Source: Psammoneis japonica
Lineage: Eukaryota
Direction of reading: 5' to 3'
Length of the DNA stretch: 64,000 bases
NCBI GenBank assembly: GCA_008632985.1
Contig: QPGO01000098.1
Coordinates: forward strand, 124,001-188,000
Below, piece by piece: positions 25,135-38,219 of this stretch. The notes under the pieces were generated by a model. The model was given only the letters and a program-made list of their open reading frames with translations. It was not told the DNA's origin and did not search any database. Numbering within the stretch: the first letter of the stretch is position 1; each line of letters begins with the position of its first letter. Position numbers and translations under genes: made by a program.

Positions 25135-28100
25135 TTACATTGGGCTGTCTCCTTTACTTTCGTTAGCCGAAACCGTTTTTTCCAAAGTTTCCTTGGGTTC
25201 GTTGAACTGCTTCTGTTGATCAGCGTCCTTCTTGAGTTGCGTGTTTTGTTCCTGAAACTCTTCCTTTTGTTCACATTCTTTTTTCGGAATTCCTAGCCCG
25301 TTTAACCAGTCAGGTACAGCTACTTCCAACAAAGCAAAAAGCTGTTCGTCGAGATCATTTACGAACAAAACGACCACGGCATTCGTCATCAACTCCGTGT
25401 TGGACCGTGCAGTGGCAATATTATACACAACCGAAGCATAGAGAGCAAGGACTGTGATCAAGAAAAGCGACAAACCGCTGAGTAGGCATCGACACTTCTT
25501 CCAACGCAACTCCTTCTCATCCTTGTCAACTGACGAATCGCTCTCTTCATCATTTTCAGCTGGCGACGCCTTTGCATCCTTCTCAACAGGCGACATAAGG
25601 AGGAGTTTCAACCCATTTATCAAATCAGGCATTGTATGAACAGTCATGAGAACCACAAAGACGATCCAGCCGTACAGCAGATCATCTTGCGTGTTTTCGC
25701 ACGAATCCCTGTTTCGGGGACACCTCCACGAGTACACCCAGTCCTTGCCGTCATCGCCAAAGTCCAACTCCGCAGCTTCGATGAAAAGAAAAAAGGTCGC
25801 TCCCTGTGCAATAACCGTGGCAACAGACACCACCCAGCCTAGGGGGCTTTCACTCAAAAGAAAGCAATAGACCGATTCGCTTCCAGCCGCATCCCATGCA
25901 CTTTGAGGAAGCCTGTAGGCTTGTTCCGCCTCCGGTTTCGCCTCCGCTGGGGCTGAGATGGAAGGCTTATTGTCTTTCTCCCGCGCCGGGGCAAAATACA
26001 CAACGGCAGCGGCAATAAAATAGAATGCTGACACTGATCCAATTACTATAAACGCAATGTTGGTATAAGACAGTGACCTTGACGCCGTAGTATCGCTTCG
26101 TTCGTGGCACTCCCCTATCGAATTGCAGCACATTGTGCAATCAGGGCAGCCCAAAGGGGTGTCAAAATCTGAGGGGCTACCACAATCGGCGACCAGAGCA
26201 GAATGGCCAGTCTTTGGAAAGCTAAAGGTCGCATCGTCCACCTCATCGTCCACCAATCGATTGCCGTGTAGGTGAAGCAACGAAAGGTTTGTCAAGTTCA
26301 TGACTTCGCTTGGAATCGTCCCGGTAAGGGCATTGTAGCTGAAACGGGCACGCACGAGATGGGTAAGCTCTCCCACTTGGCTTGGAATGCTTCCTTGCAA
26401 GTCATTATCATGCAAGTCTAGTTCCTCTAGGGACTTGAGCACACCAATGCTCGACGCAATTCGACCAGATAACCCATTGTTATTGAGTTTCAGAGATGTG
26501 ACCTTGCTACCACCATCACACGTAACACCATGCCATGAACAATGATTGCTATGTTCATTGACCCAAAAAGTCGCATTAGTCCATTCTTGGCCCTTGGCTG
26601 ATTCATAAAACATCTTGAGAGCGTCTCTTTCTGGCGGGCACCAAATTGGGTCGTTTCGAAGTTCAAAGCCAGGCACAGCACAGAGACTGAGTGGTACCTG
26701 GTCGCCCTGGCGTCTGACGACAGAGCAGTGAAAAAAGAATCGGTGACATCAAGCGAGAGAGATTGCACACTCTTCTTACTGTAGTGACTCAATGCCAACT
26801 GAGAATAATCTACTAAGATACATCATCATGCACTTACCCATAATAACCGATGAAGCGGTTGCCATTCAAGAGAATACTTGCAGAAGTAAGTGCTCCCAAT
26901 TGAGCAGGTATGGGTCCGTCGATGTTGTTATCTGCAACATCTAGAACCTCGAGACGAGAAAGGCCGCCAAGTTCGGGGGGGATTGTCCCCGACAGGTTGT
27001 TTTTTGATAAGTTCAAATGTCTTAGGTATGGAAAATCTCCAAAGGCGGCCGGAATCTGTCCTCGTAACCCTTTGTCTCCTAGATTGGTTAAACAGAACTT
27101 CCACGGAGAACTTTGCTTCTGCTCTTGAATTCGGTCTTTCCGATTCGTGCAAAAAACGTCCTCACAGCAATAATCATCCACGCCACAGAGACTAAGCTCA
27201 AGACATTCATAATTGAAATTACAGGTAGACTCTTCAAAGCAAGCTTGGCCAGTGTTGTCAGATAGGTCCAGCGCTTTCAGACGGGACAATGATAGCAGAT
27301 CGTCAGGAATTGTACCACTTAGGCGATTGTGGTCAAGATAAAGCCGTTCCAGTCCGACAAGGATGCCAAGTTGACGAGGAATATTTCTCGTAATACTGTT
27401 GCCCGAAAGGTATAGCTCCGCGAGTGAAGTAAGCCCATCCAGATCTGTGGGGATAGTCTGCTCAATCTCATTGTAACTCAGATCAAGTGAACGAAGGTTG
27501 GGCCATTCACCCGAAAATGGGAATTCAGAAAATCCGTTGTGACTCAAATTCAGCTTTTGTACTGCCGTGATCTCCGGAATTGTACCTTCCAACTTATTTT
27601 TCTGAAGTGATAGATCCGTTAATAGGGTAAGGTTGGCAATCTCAGGTGGTACGGTCCCTATTAATTGATTCTCGTGAAGTCTTAAATACGTCACGGAACT
27701 CATTACACCTAACTCCGTTGGCAAAGTTCCCGAAAATGCGTTTTCTCCGAAATTGATGCCAAAACATCGCATTCTCCCGAGAACCGCCGGTATAGGTCCA
27801 GTCATCTTATTTCGTTCGAGGATGAAATATGGAAGGTATCGCATTTTGAGATCCGGTGGAATGGTCCCCGATATATAGTTTGATGCGAGGTTGATAATCC
27901 TGAGTGCCGTCAGTCTCTGAATTTCCGACGGTATGGTGCCAGTTATAGTGTTATAATTGAGGCGGAGGGCCTCCAGGATTTTCATCTCCCCGATCTCTGT
28001 TGGTAAACTCCCGACCAAACTGTTGTGATCAAGGAAGAGGGACCGTAGAGACAACTTTCCGATCTCAGTCGGGATGGTCCCATTCAGACTATTGAGGCCG

Positions 28101-29131
28101 AGATTGAGTTCCCATCCGCGATTAAAACTTCCTGGAGACGTTATTTGTCCAATCTCCGTCGGGATGCTTCCGGTCATGCTGTTGTTTTTGAGGAAGAAGT
28201 ATTCGAGCATCGTCAGCAGCCCAATCTCCGTCGGGATGCTCCCACCAACACCACTGTCGAGGAGATAGAGGTTCCTGAGCCGCGATAGCCGCCCAATCTC
28301 CGTTGGTAGGGTCCCCGTAAGAAGAGTGTTCCCGCGGTAGAGGATGAGTTCCTCGAGTTGCGTTAGTTGCCCAATCTCCGACGGCAGGGTCCCACTCAGA
28401 CTATTTCCGCTGAGATCGAGGAACGCAAGTATACTGAGCTGCCCAATCTCCGTTGGGAGGCCTCCAGAAATGCTGTTGAAGAAAAGTAAAAGTTGCACGA
28501 GCCGTGTTTGCCCAATCTCCGTTGGCACGGTACCAGAGAGCGTATTCCTATCAAGGCGGAGGAACCGAAGCGACGTCATCTCTCCAATCTCCGTCGGTAG
28601 AGTCCCTTTCAGATTGTTCGAACTCAAATCCAGTGTATGGACATCCTGCTGCCTGCCGCAAGAGACACCATGCCAATTACAGTATGAGTCTTCCTCAAGC
28701 CAGCCTCTGTTATTCTTCCACCCCTCTCCACCCGTCGCCTCAAATAGCTTAACCAACGCCTGCCTTTCCGTGGGACGTGGTGCATCCTGTAGGTGCCTGT
28801 CATGAACTGGGTGATGTTGGCCCTCCACTAATGCTTCATTTTGGTGAGCTTCAACGACTTCTGTGGAGCTCAGAACGCATACCCCTCTTCCCAGGGACGG
28901 AGACGTGGGGTCCGGTACGCACTTCCATCCCTCGGCACAACTGTTGGAACTGGCGGTGTCACACTCCTTGGGACCCGTAGTCCGCTGCCCTCGCAATAGA
29001 ACCGACCCAACCGCCGGCGTGGCGCCTTCATCCACCGCCTTTGCTCTGGAGATGAAGGAAGCAACAACTAGTAGTAGCAGCACCGCGGGAACGACATGAT
29101 GTCGGCACCTTGAAATTCTTGAAAATATCAT
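25135..29131 (-). CDS. Leucine-rich-repeat receptor-like membrane protein, 2 exons (29131-26838, 26713-25135)
   Basis: Signal-like hydrophobic N-terminus, LRRNT cap (WKNNRGW..CNWHGVSC) and many plant-type LRRs (LxGTIPTEIGxL). A second LRRNT cap (CSWHGVTC) and several C-terminal hydrophobic helices follow. GTAAGT..CAG intron 26837-26714 joins the two ORFs in frame. Normal Tyr/TA content. Start uncertain (ORF open to 29287). Confidence 0.88.
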
Positions 29132-29348
29132 AGTCCTGCAACGCAGAAAGTTGAAAGTGTTGCTCTTCCGCCTTCGCATTCGCACATGTCTAGCTAGCAC
29201 CGGCATCTGCGACGAATCTTCACAATAAAAGGATTGATGATGTGAATCGATCATTGACCAAGCTACGGACAGATCCCGTGAAAACATACTGCAGTATTAA
29301 AGCTACAGATATTAATATCTTGTGTAGGACTCTCTATGAATCCTTCTA

Positions 29349-29666
29349 CTACAAATTGCAAAACAATTGCGCGATACACGTGCCCGAAGGTCGAATATCG
29401 TTGCCCGAAGCAACATTCTTCCTTCGCGCAGATGTCCATTCTACATAGTATATGGTATTGAAAATCTCATTGTAGTCGCATGAGTCGTTGCAGTAATTTC
29501 ATCAATGACCTCTGTGGTACTGTGCTACGTGATCTACACAAATCGGACATTCTCGAATGCTGGTATATTTTCTACGGACTCTACGTGCGCGAAGCTCGAA
29601 TTTCGTGCCCGAAGCAACAATCACCCTTCGGGCACGTGTATCGCGCAATTGTTCAGCATTTCGTAG
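29349..29666. mobile_element. Tc1/mariner-type MITE, TpA-intact copy
   Basis: TIRs CTAC..AACAATTGCGCGATACACGTGCCCGAAGG / CCTTCGGGCACGTGTATCGCGCAATTGTT..GTAG, with TA on both sides (29347-48, 29667-68). Confidence 0.88.
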
Positions 29667-30059
29667 TACTTCAAGGTGTTCATAAATAAAATGGGCACCA
29701 AAGGCCGGCTCTCACTCGTCCCACTCAGCGGCGGGGCGGCGGGCACCGCGAGAACGTCGCAAGGCCCTGGGCACTGCACTGATTTACTTGTTGCGACAGG
29801 TCGAATGTACATCGACAAAAGAGAAGCAAGTGACATGCACGACAAATTGTGCATGTGTGAAGCATTTCACATTTATCAACTGTCACACTCACTGCATGTG
29901 CAGTTTCCTGATGTCCCCAGACAATCCGGGGCACACAGAGGCTTCAGGGCTGTTGGCCACTCCCTTGCAAGGGACGTTGGCCACATGATTCTGCATCAGA
30001 GTTGCAGTGGTTTTGGAAACAACCAGCAATTGGTGGAGCCTGCTGTTGGACGATTTTTG

Positions 30060-31250
30060 GGCTCCCTCTGTCACTGATGGCTGGCATCTTTTTGAGGAGC
30101 ACAAAGTCACGTTGCTCCAAGCTCCTGGCTGGACGGACCCAAGCCCGCTCTTGAGCCAGCAGCTCAACCTTGACAGTGTGACGGTCCATGGACAGGGCAC
30201 ATTCATGGGCAACTCCCATCAATTCATTGAGCTCTGATTGTTTTGGAGGTCAACAAGCTCGCGCCATCAACCGCCCAACTGCATTTTCACAAGCGCTGCA
30301 GCGTGTGATTTCCCGCTTGTTTTGGCTTGCTCCCATGATGTCAACGTTTCTTGTCCACTCACTTGCACTTTGGCACCCCACTCCAACAAGAGTTGAGCTG
30401 TCTGCTCAGCTTTTGTTGACAAACAAGCTTGTGCAAGAGGCATCACCCCAGAGCTCCTGCTCAGCGGGTCTGCCGTGGCACTGAGTTGCAGGAGGAAGGA
30501 CATGGTGAGACCAGCAAAGTTTTGAACCCTGCCTTGTGCAGAACAGTCTGGTGCACTTCATCAAAACTGTTGGCTTCAATTTGTTCTTTGAGGATGGGGC
30601 CCATTTCTCCTGGCCATTCCTGCACATTTGAAGTGTGGCTTTTCACCGCTGCTGCCAGACAAATTTCATGAGGAGCACCCAGCACTTTTGCTTTGGGGTC
30701 CTCAAAAGGGCTTCTGTTCTGCAGTCTGCAGTCTCCTCCCTGTGGGTGCTTCCAAGAACTTCATCTTTTCTTTGAAACCTTCAGCACAACTCTTCAATGC
30801 TTTTTGGATCAATTTGTTGTGATGTTTTTGTGGAAAGCATGCCGCGTGACTTTGCACAACACCAGCCATGTCCACAAATGCAAGGACCATCTTGGTTTGC
30901 CACATTTTCACTTTTTGCCACTTGCAAAGTCATCTTGATCATTTCAAGTTGATTGACCATTTCTTTGGTGGGAGGAATCTTCTGTCGACACTGATGACAG
31001 GTTCAACCAGATGCTCCGCCATGTTTGGATCCCCAACCCTCCAAACTTGTGCTGGCACAGTGCGAGTGCTTGCAGAGCAGCATCATGGTGGCCATTGTCT
31101 TGCTGCTGTCCAGCAGCATCAACGGTTCTTCAAAAATGGTGCAAGCTTCCATGAGGACAAATTTTGCCTTGTTGTTGTCGCCATCCACCACATGGTGGTG
31201 AAACAGGAATGGCAACTGGGCTGTTTCTGCCACCCACAATCCTCTGTGCC
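30060..31250 (-). pseudogene. RING-finger + ankyrin-like protein pseudogene, copy A
   Basis: EACTIFEEPL..LLCKHSHCA..LEGW, EICLAA, QTVLHKA, ADPLSRSSGVMPL. Paralog of 36584-37650 with multiple frameshifts. Confidence 0.6.
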
Positions 31251-32062
31251 AAATGATCCAAGCTCAGGCAGGTGAGAGATGAGGTTGCACTGCCAGCAAT
31301 GAGTGAGTGTTTGAAAGCTTGGGCGAACAGTGTGCAGGCAGCAAGAGACTCACATTGGTGACTCCAAGCAGAGCAACAGCATGCGGAGTGCGAGCTCATG
31401 CTGGATTGGCTCCTCGGTGCCAACAACGACACTCAACATTTGTGCTGTGCGTGCTTGGGGGGGGTCCATTCAATCTTTTGATTGTTTTCACATGGTGTCA
31501 ATCCAAACCAGTTGGGTCATCACTTCTGGAAAACCTTGAGAGATGCAATGGCCATTGTCTCCAATTTGGCAGTGCAACAAGTGGCATTCATTGAGTTGTT
31601 CATTTGTCTCCTTTACTTTGCACTGCCTGACTTGCTGCCTGCCGCTCAGTTGTCCTGATGCAGTTTTTCACAACATGAGTGGCGCCGTTGTCGTACATTG
31701 CAGCGGCAAATCCCACAACAGCCCTGCCCTTTTCCACGTCCTCCATTGCCTGCCGTGTTTTGACACATCCTGCCAACTGCTCTTGAGCTTTTGATGCAAA
31801 ATTGGCACTGGGAGGTGTCTCAGATGCAACTTGCTTCAGTTCCAGTGTCACTGCAGCACAGGCTCAGAGTAAACCTAGGCAGGACACTCGATTTGTGACA
31901 TGTTTATACATGAAGAAAATTTTACATTTGCAAAATGGGAGACATTTCACGGATGCAGCTTCCGGGTTTCCACATCTTTTGCCGGGTTCCTTTCGATTTT
32001 GTGCACCGTTTTTGATGTTTCATCACGGCAAAGTACGACGACCATGATGGTCGATTTACATG

Positions 32063-32166
32063 GCAATGCAAGTGGGGCCAAAGTGCGCCGACCAGTTGCA
32101 CCTCATCATGTTGATGATGCATGACACAGGCACGGTGTCGGCGCACTTTGGCCCCACTTGCATTGC
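32063..32166. repeat. Perfect 30-bp inverted repeat with 44-bp spacer
   Basis: GCAATGCAAGTGGGGCCAAAGTGCGCCGAC (32063-32092) and its reverse complement (32137-32166). Confidence 0.9.
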
Positions 32167-34242
32167 GATGAAAAAAACGACGGCATGTTCTCATGGCTGT
32201 TTTTATTTTCTGCTGCCGCGCCAGGAAAAAAGCTCTGGCCGTGTAGAATTCTACAGTGATTTTGCAGGGATGTCTCAGCCAACTTCTGCCGAGACACTTT
32301 CATTCACATTCAACCCAACACTCCGTCAACATGTGAAGTGAAGATCATGACAAGGAAACAGCGAAATCCCAAGCAAACAGATGCTTGCAAGGCCATGATG
32401 AGGCTGATGCTAACAATGCCTGCTGCCCTCGCCCACACTTGGCTCACTGCTTCGGAGCATTGCGCTCTTCTCACTCAAGGCGGTGTCGATGACAGAGTCA
32501 CCTCTAAGGATGCAAGCTCCGTCATGAGGTCATGCAACAATGGAGCGTTCGAAACTCGACAGTTTGGAAGCAATCATGAAAAGTGTTGTCGTTCCCACTC
32601 GGCCCAAGATGACCCAACAACGCCAGAGACTCGGGGTGCTGTTGATCTTCACCTCGACTCTGATGCATTCTCGGGAGACGATTGCGTGGAGGATCTCAGG
32701 GCTGTCAGTGCTCTTCATGGGTCGATTCCCAATTCAGATGAGCAAGCAAATGCAGGAAATGCCAATGTTGTTGCTCCCACTGTCACCCCGTTGCCCAGAA
32801 ATTCAACTGCAACATCAACCGAGTCTGCGGTTTGTTTGTGCAGAGGATGGAGCGGTCCCAATTACGAGAAACTTGCATCTGTGTCTCTGAAAGAGGCTCA
32901 AGACAAAATTCCTTGTCAAAATGATGCTCAGCAGGGCCACTCATTGTGAACTTCACACACGCACTTCCACACAGAGAAGCGATCTGTGTTGGCTGCAGAA
33001 AATCTGTTTTCGAAAGTCGCAATTTCCGTTGTTGTAGAGGCTACGAGCTGATTGGCAATGTTGCCATGTGTGTGCTCAAGAGCATCAATGATGAACATTA
33101 AAGCAGCCGCTCATGTCCGTCAAATGTCTCCCGGCCAGACAGACGGTGTCCCGCCCAGGTTTGCTCTGAGCCTGTGACTGCAGTGGTGTTGGAGCTAGAT
33201 GTGACATCTGTCTGCTTTCTGGTCTCGGGCAATTTGTCCTCTTGACGTGTCCGTGCAATGCCCTGTAGAATGTCATGAGCCTCCGTGATGACGTGAGACT
33301 GGAATTGAAGCTCCAAGATGTGATCATTGGCATCCAATGAGGCCCAGGCCATTGGTCTTGCCATGTTCTTTTGCGAAACAGAAGTCACAAAGTCCGCCAA
33401 CAACATCTCTTCACCGCGGGCATGCAAATCTTCCATGGAGTCCAGTGCAACCAAATTTTCCAAGGAAGCTTGCAACGTTTTCAGAAGGGGTTTGAGCAGG
33501 TTCTCACTGCAGAATTCAGAGGTGATGGCAAATGTTGGGTTGTCCGTTTTTCCGGTGGCCGACACCACCCCAATGTGAGCAACAGTCAGGTGGTCACCAA
33601 CATTGATGGTTTCTTGCCAGAGATCCTCCAAACTCAAGTGCGCCTTGATCTTGCATCTCAGTCCAGATGTTTCCTCCCTGTCAGCCAATTTGTTTGCCAC
33701 AGGACGTGGGTTCTTGGCATTGCACAAGACGTTGAATGTCGATGACGGAACCAGCTCCTGCACCAAACCCTTTGGCACCTTGCCAGTGGACAAGAACTCT
33801 CATTGTTTGGTTTCCTCCATTGGATCCAGCATCGCGTTCATCACACGAATGAGGGAATGTTTTTCCATGCATGCACGACATTTGAATGAGATCTGGTGCC
33901 GTGATCATGTTGTTGTTTTCGCAAGTGAGACGCAGTCATCTCAGAGAGCATTGTCTTGTGAAATGGCCTCCCACATCATCTTGGCGTGTGACATCCAGAT
34001 CACTTGGCACTTCTTAGTGCCTGCAGTGTGAAGCAACAAACCAGCACTGTCTTCCCACCACCAAGGATGCCTGGAGCTGACATTTGTGAAGATGGGGTGC
34101 GCAAGCCCCTGAGGCATTGACGAGCAGCTCTGACTTAAATGTTGCATGCATTGATTTTAAATTGTTTGTGAAAGAAAAATCTCATGCAAACTCTCGTCGC
34201 AAATGGAATCCTGGGTTTGCCAGCTGTCAATGAGACAATCAA

Positions 34243-35489
34243 CTTTGGCATGGTGTGGCAGTCTGCAACCAGAGGAAGGTTCAAAGGTGTTGCAGCGACT
34301 CCGGCAAGTTTTCATGCACAAAAGTTTTGGACACCATTTAAGAGTTGTCAGCACCATTCCCCCTTGTGAAAGGAACAATGTGATTGGCAGCAAATGTTCG
34401 TGCAATTTCATGCTGCTTGGCTTCATCCACCATGTCAAGCAACTCAAGCTCATCTGCAACATCGTCATTGCAGTGCGGAGCCAGAGCACAGAGCATTTGC
34501 CACTTCCTTGGCACAATTTCCATCTGAGCTCACCTTTCCCTGACTTGTTGGCAACTCTCTTTGATTCATTGACAACCGCTCTCCACTGTCCCAACTTGAG
34601 TGTTGCGATGCGCCGCGGTTGCCTCCACGTGCTTCAGTGTCCCCATCCTGATTTGGGGAACTGTCATTGTCACTCATGTCATTGGGTGTCTTGTCGTGAC
34701 CGGTTCGAGAGCGTTTTGGCCGTGGCACCTGGGAAAGTTTTAGAAGGAGAGCCTGAAAGGAGAGCCTGTCGGAGAGTGTGGAAGGAAGCATCATTGGTGT
34801 GATGCTCATGGACTTGACTGCCAGGACATTCTCCAGGATGTGTTTTGAGGCTGCCACAGCCATGCTTTGGCATGGTGTGGCAGTCTGCAACCAGAGGAAG
34901 GTTCAAAGGGGTTGCAGCGACTCCGGCGAGTTTTCATGCACAAAAGTTTTGGACACCATTTAAGTGTCATCAGCACCATTCCCCCTCATGAAAGGAACAA
35001 CATGATTGGCAGCAAATGTTCGCACAATTTCACACTGCTCGGCTTCATCCACCATGTCAAGCAAATCAAGCTCATCTGCAACATCGTCATTGTAGTGCGG
35101 AGCTGGCAATCGCAGAGCATTTGCCACTTCCTTGGCACAATTTCCATCTGAGCTCACCTTTCCCTGACTTGTCGGCAATTCTCTTCGATTCGTTGATGAC
35201 CACTCTCCACTGTCCCAACTTGAGTGCCGCGATGCTCCGCGGTTGCCTCCACATGCTTCAGTGTCCCCATCCTGATTTGGGGAACTGTCATTGTCACTCA
35301 TGTCATTGGGTGTCTTGTCGTGACCGGTTCGAGAGCGTTTTGGCCGTGGCACCTGGGAAAGTTTTAGAAGGAGAGCCTGAAAGGAGAGCCTGTCAGAGAG
35401 TGTGGAAGGAAGCATCATTGGTGTGATGCTCATGGACTTGACTGCCAGGACATTCTCCAGGATGTGTTTTGAGGCTGCCACAGCCATGC
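34243..35489. repeat. Tandem duplication, ~622-bp unit x2
   Basis: CTTTGGCATGGTGTGGCAGTCTGCAACCAGAGGAAGG starts at 34243 and again at 34865. Units are colinear to ~35489. Confidence 0.9.
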
Positions 35490-35980
35490 CACCCTCTTGC
35501 ATGAGCTTGAAAAGTGCAACACCCCCGGGGGCATCGTCACAATCGGCGAACCAGCAAAATGTCTAGGATGACTCTGGGTCTGTCAAAACAGATGCAATTC
35601 CACGCATTTGTTTGAGAAATGCCACCACAAAGTGCTCGGCAATGACTTGTTGTGGACTGTGATCTTTGTTCGCAAGGTCTGTTGGTTTTTCCAGCTCCAT
35701 CCAAGCATCAAACAAATTCCAGATGGTCTTGTTTTTCACGTCTTTTAATGTTGCAATGACCAAATCAGTTGTGCCTTTAATTTGTCTGGTGTCGGAATCC
35801 ACCCCCCAAATTTCGATGTCCAAGAGATCCCAGATCGGCCGCACGTCTGCAAAAAGACAGTCGCCCAGCAATCACACATTTTCCTTTAGATGCTTCATGC
35901 AAGTGGTGTGGTTCTCAGAAGAATCATCTGGGCTGCTGTTCCACTGAAAAACGGGGCAATCGGGAAATGTTGACGGCATG
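34960..35980 (-). pseudogene. Crinkler-like / restriction-endonuclease-fold protein relic
   Basis: IKGTTDLVI..MELEK..QQVIAEH..SVLTD..TFCWF resembles the GxTD..ExK..Q..VLTD signature. Internal stops. Confidence 0.4.
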
Positions 35981-36583
35981 GTGGGCCAACTCACTGACTT
36001 CTCGGGCATGTCCAAAAAATGCTCAACAAAGCTTGCTTGGAACTGACAACAGCATCTGAGAGAACAATGGTGTCACTCTTTGCTGCGCAATCTACAGCCA
36101 CGCTGACTGGCGCCGCCATTTCCTCTTTGGTGAACAGCACCGGGGGTGGTGGTGGTGGCTGTTGTGGCACTTGCGGCGGTCCTGGCTAGAGTGTGCACTT
36201 GCCACCCAGTGCAAGGGTTGTGAACCCCCTGACTTGACACCCCTCCTTGTCAATCAAACACTTGACACCTTCTTGATCAAGCAATGTGTTGAGCTCTGTG
36301 TCAGTGCTGAGTCGCACACGACCAACATCTTGCGCGGTTGTCCCAACAGTTTTGGCAGCCATGGCCATTGCAGTTGGCCATCACAACAACAGATGTCTCC
36401 TTCTCTGTTCACACAGCATTTTTTGAAGGTTTTTGTTGTGCTCACAATTGAAATTTGAACAAGCAAAAGGACAAACATCAGTGGAATTCCACTGTCTTTC
36501 CGCGCTCCCCTTTGCTTTCCGAGAACCCTTTGAAGCGGTCTCTCTCTAGAGCTCCGCACAGTTGCCGTTCCTGTTTCACCATC

Positions 36584-37650
36584 ATGGTGGATGACGACAA
36601 TGATGAGGCTAAATCTGTCCTCATGGAAGCTTGTGCCATTTGTCAAGAACCATTGATGCCACTGGATGGCGGCAAGAAAAAGGCTGCCATGACGCTGCCC
36701 TGCAAGCACCCGCATTGTGCCGCATGTTTGGAAGGTTGGAGATCCAAACATGATGGAACATCTGGTTGAACCTGTCCTCAGTGTCAACAGAAGATTCCTC
36801 CCACCAAAAAAATGGTCAATCAACTTGAAATCTTCACATTTTCTCTGGAAGCGGCAAAAACTGCACATGAAGCAAACTGAGATGATCCTCAAAAGGCATT
36901 GGGATGCCTTGCATTTGAGGACATTGCAGATCTTGTGCGAAGTGAATTGATGCTTGCTCCAGCTGCACATCATGACAAAATCATCCAAGAAGCATTGAAG
37001 ACTCACATTGCCTGCATAGAAAAACAAGTGAAATCCTTGGAAGCATGTGCAGGAGACTGCAGAACGGAAGATCTTTTGGAGAATCCCAGTGCTCCAAAAG
37101 TGCTTGATCTTCCTGATGAAATTTGTCTGGCGGCAATGAAGAATGACATTCCAAAGGTGTTGGAATGGCTGGGAGAACGCCCCATCCCACAAGAACAAAT
37201 CAATGCCAAGAGTCCTGAAAAAATGCACAGGACTCTCCTCCACAAGACAGAGTGCAAAAACTGTGCTGGTCTCATGTCCCTCCTCCTGCAACTCGGTGTG
37301 TCAGCAGACCCACAGAGCAGTTTGGGCATGATGCCCCTTGGACAAGTTCCACATCAGTGGAACAAGGGCCGGCAGCTCAACTGTTGTTGGAATGGGGTGC
37401 CCAAGCACAAGTGAGTGGACAAGATCAACCCATGTAGGAATGGGCAGAAGAAGATGGAAATGATGCCTCAGCAGCACTTGTGAAAGCACCGTTGGGCAGT
37501 TGACGGTGTGAGCTTGTTGACCTCCAAAAATGATCAGATCTCAATGGTTTGATGGGAGTCGCACATGAACTCATCCCGTCCTTGGACCATTGTGCCATCA
37601 AGATTGAGCAGACTAAAGAATGGATTGAGGTCCGCCCAGCAAATTTGAAG
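36584..37650 (+). pseudogene. RING-finger + ankyrin-like protein pseudogene, copy B
   Basis: CAICQEPL..LPCKHPHCAACLEGWR..(stop)TCPQCQQKIPP RING. RTLLHKT..LLLQLGVSADPQ..GMMPL is ankyrin-like. Confidence 0.7.
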
Positions 37651-38219
37651 TGACGCGATCATGCTCCCAATGATCCAGGAGTCTGCTGCCATTTTCTTGG
37701 TCAAACCGCCGATGGCCAAAATGAGTTTCAATTGGGCTCAGTGGCAAACTCTGACAAAGAGGCAAAAAGATTTGAAGAGACACAAAAGAAACAGAGCAAA
37801 AAGATTGGAGAAGACCGAGAGGAAAAGATTCAAGATCCAAGCACATTGGCAGAAGCAATTCAATCAATGGAGGTGAACTCAGGTGACTGCAACTTGTGCA
37901 TGAACGGAAGTGACCCAGATCTTTTTTTGGGATTTTTTCTTGATGAGACGGATCCCTCACAGCGAATCTTTCCAGCAGTTGATCTGGCTGCTGGACTCAG
38001 AGTGCAAACAACCCCACTGGCTCTTTGATTTGAAGAACCGCTCCATCGCGCAACAGTTGAGTGGATTGCTGTTGATCCAGACATTTCAGGCACCAAATCT
38101 GGGTTCACACTTTTGGAGAATGAAGCTAAGACAAGGAAGCCTTTGTTTTGGGGTGCAAAGATGGATGCTCCTGTTTTTTGAAATGATGCAGTTCAGCTCA
38201 AAGGCTTGTTGTTGACTGA

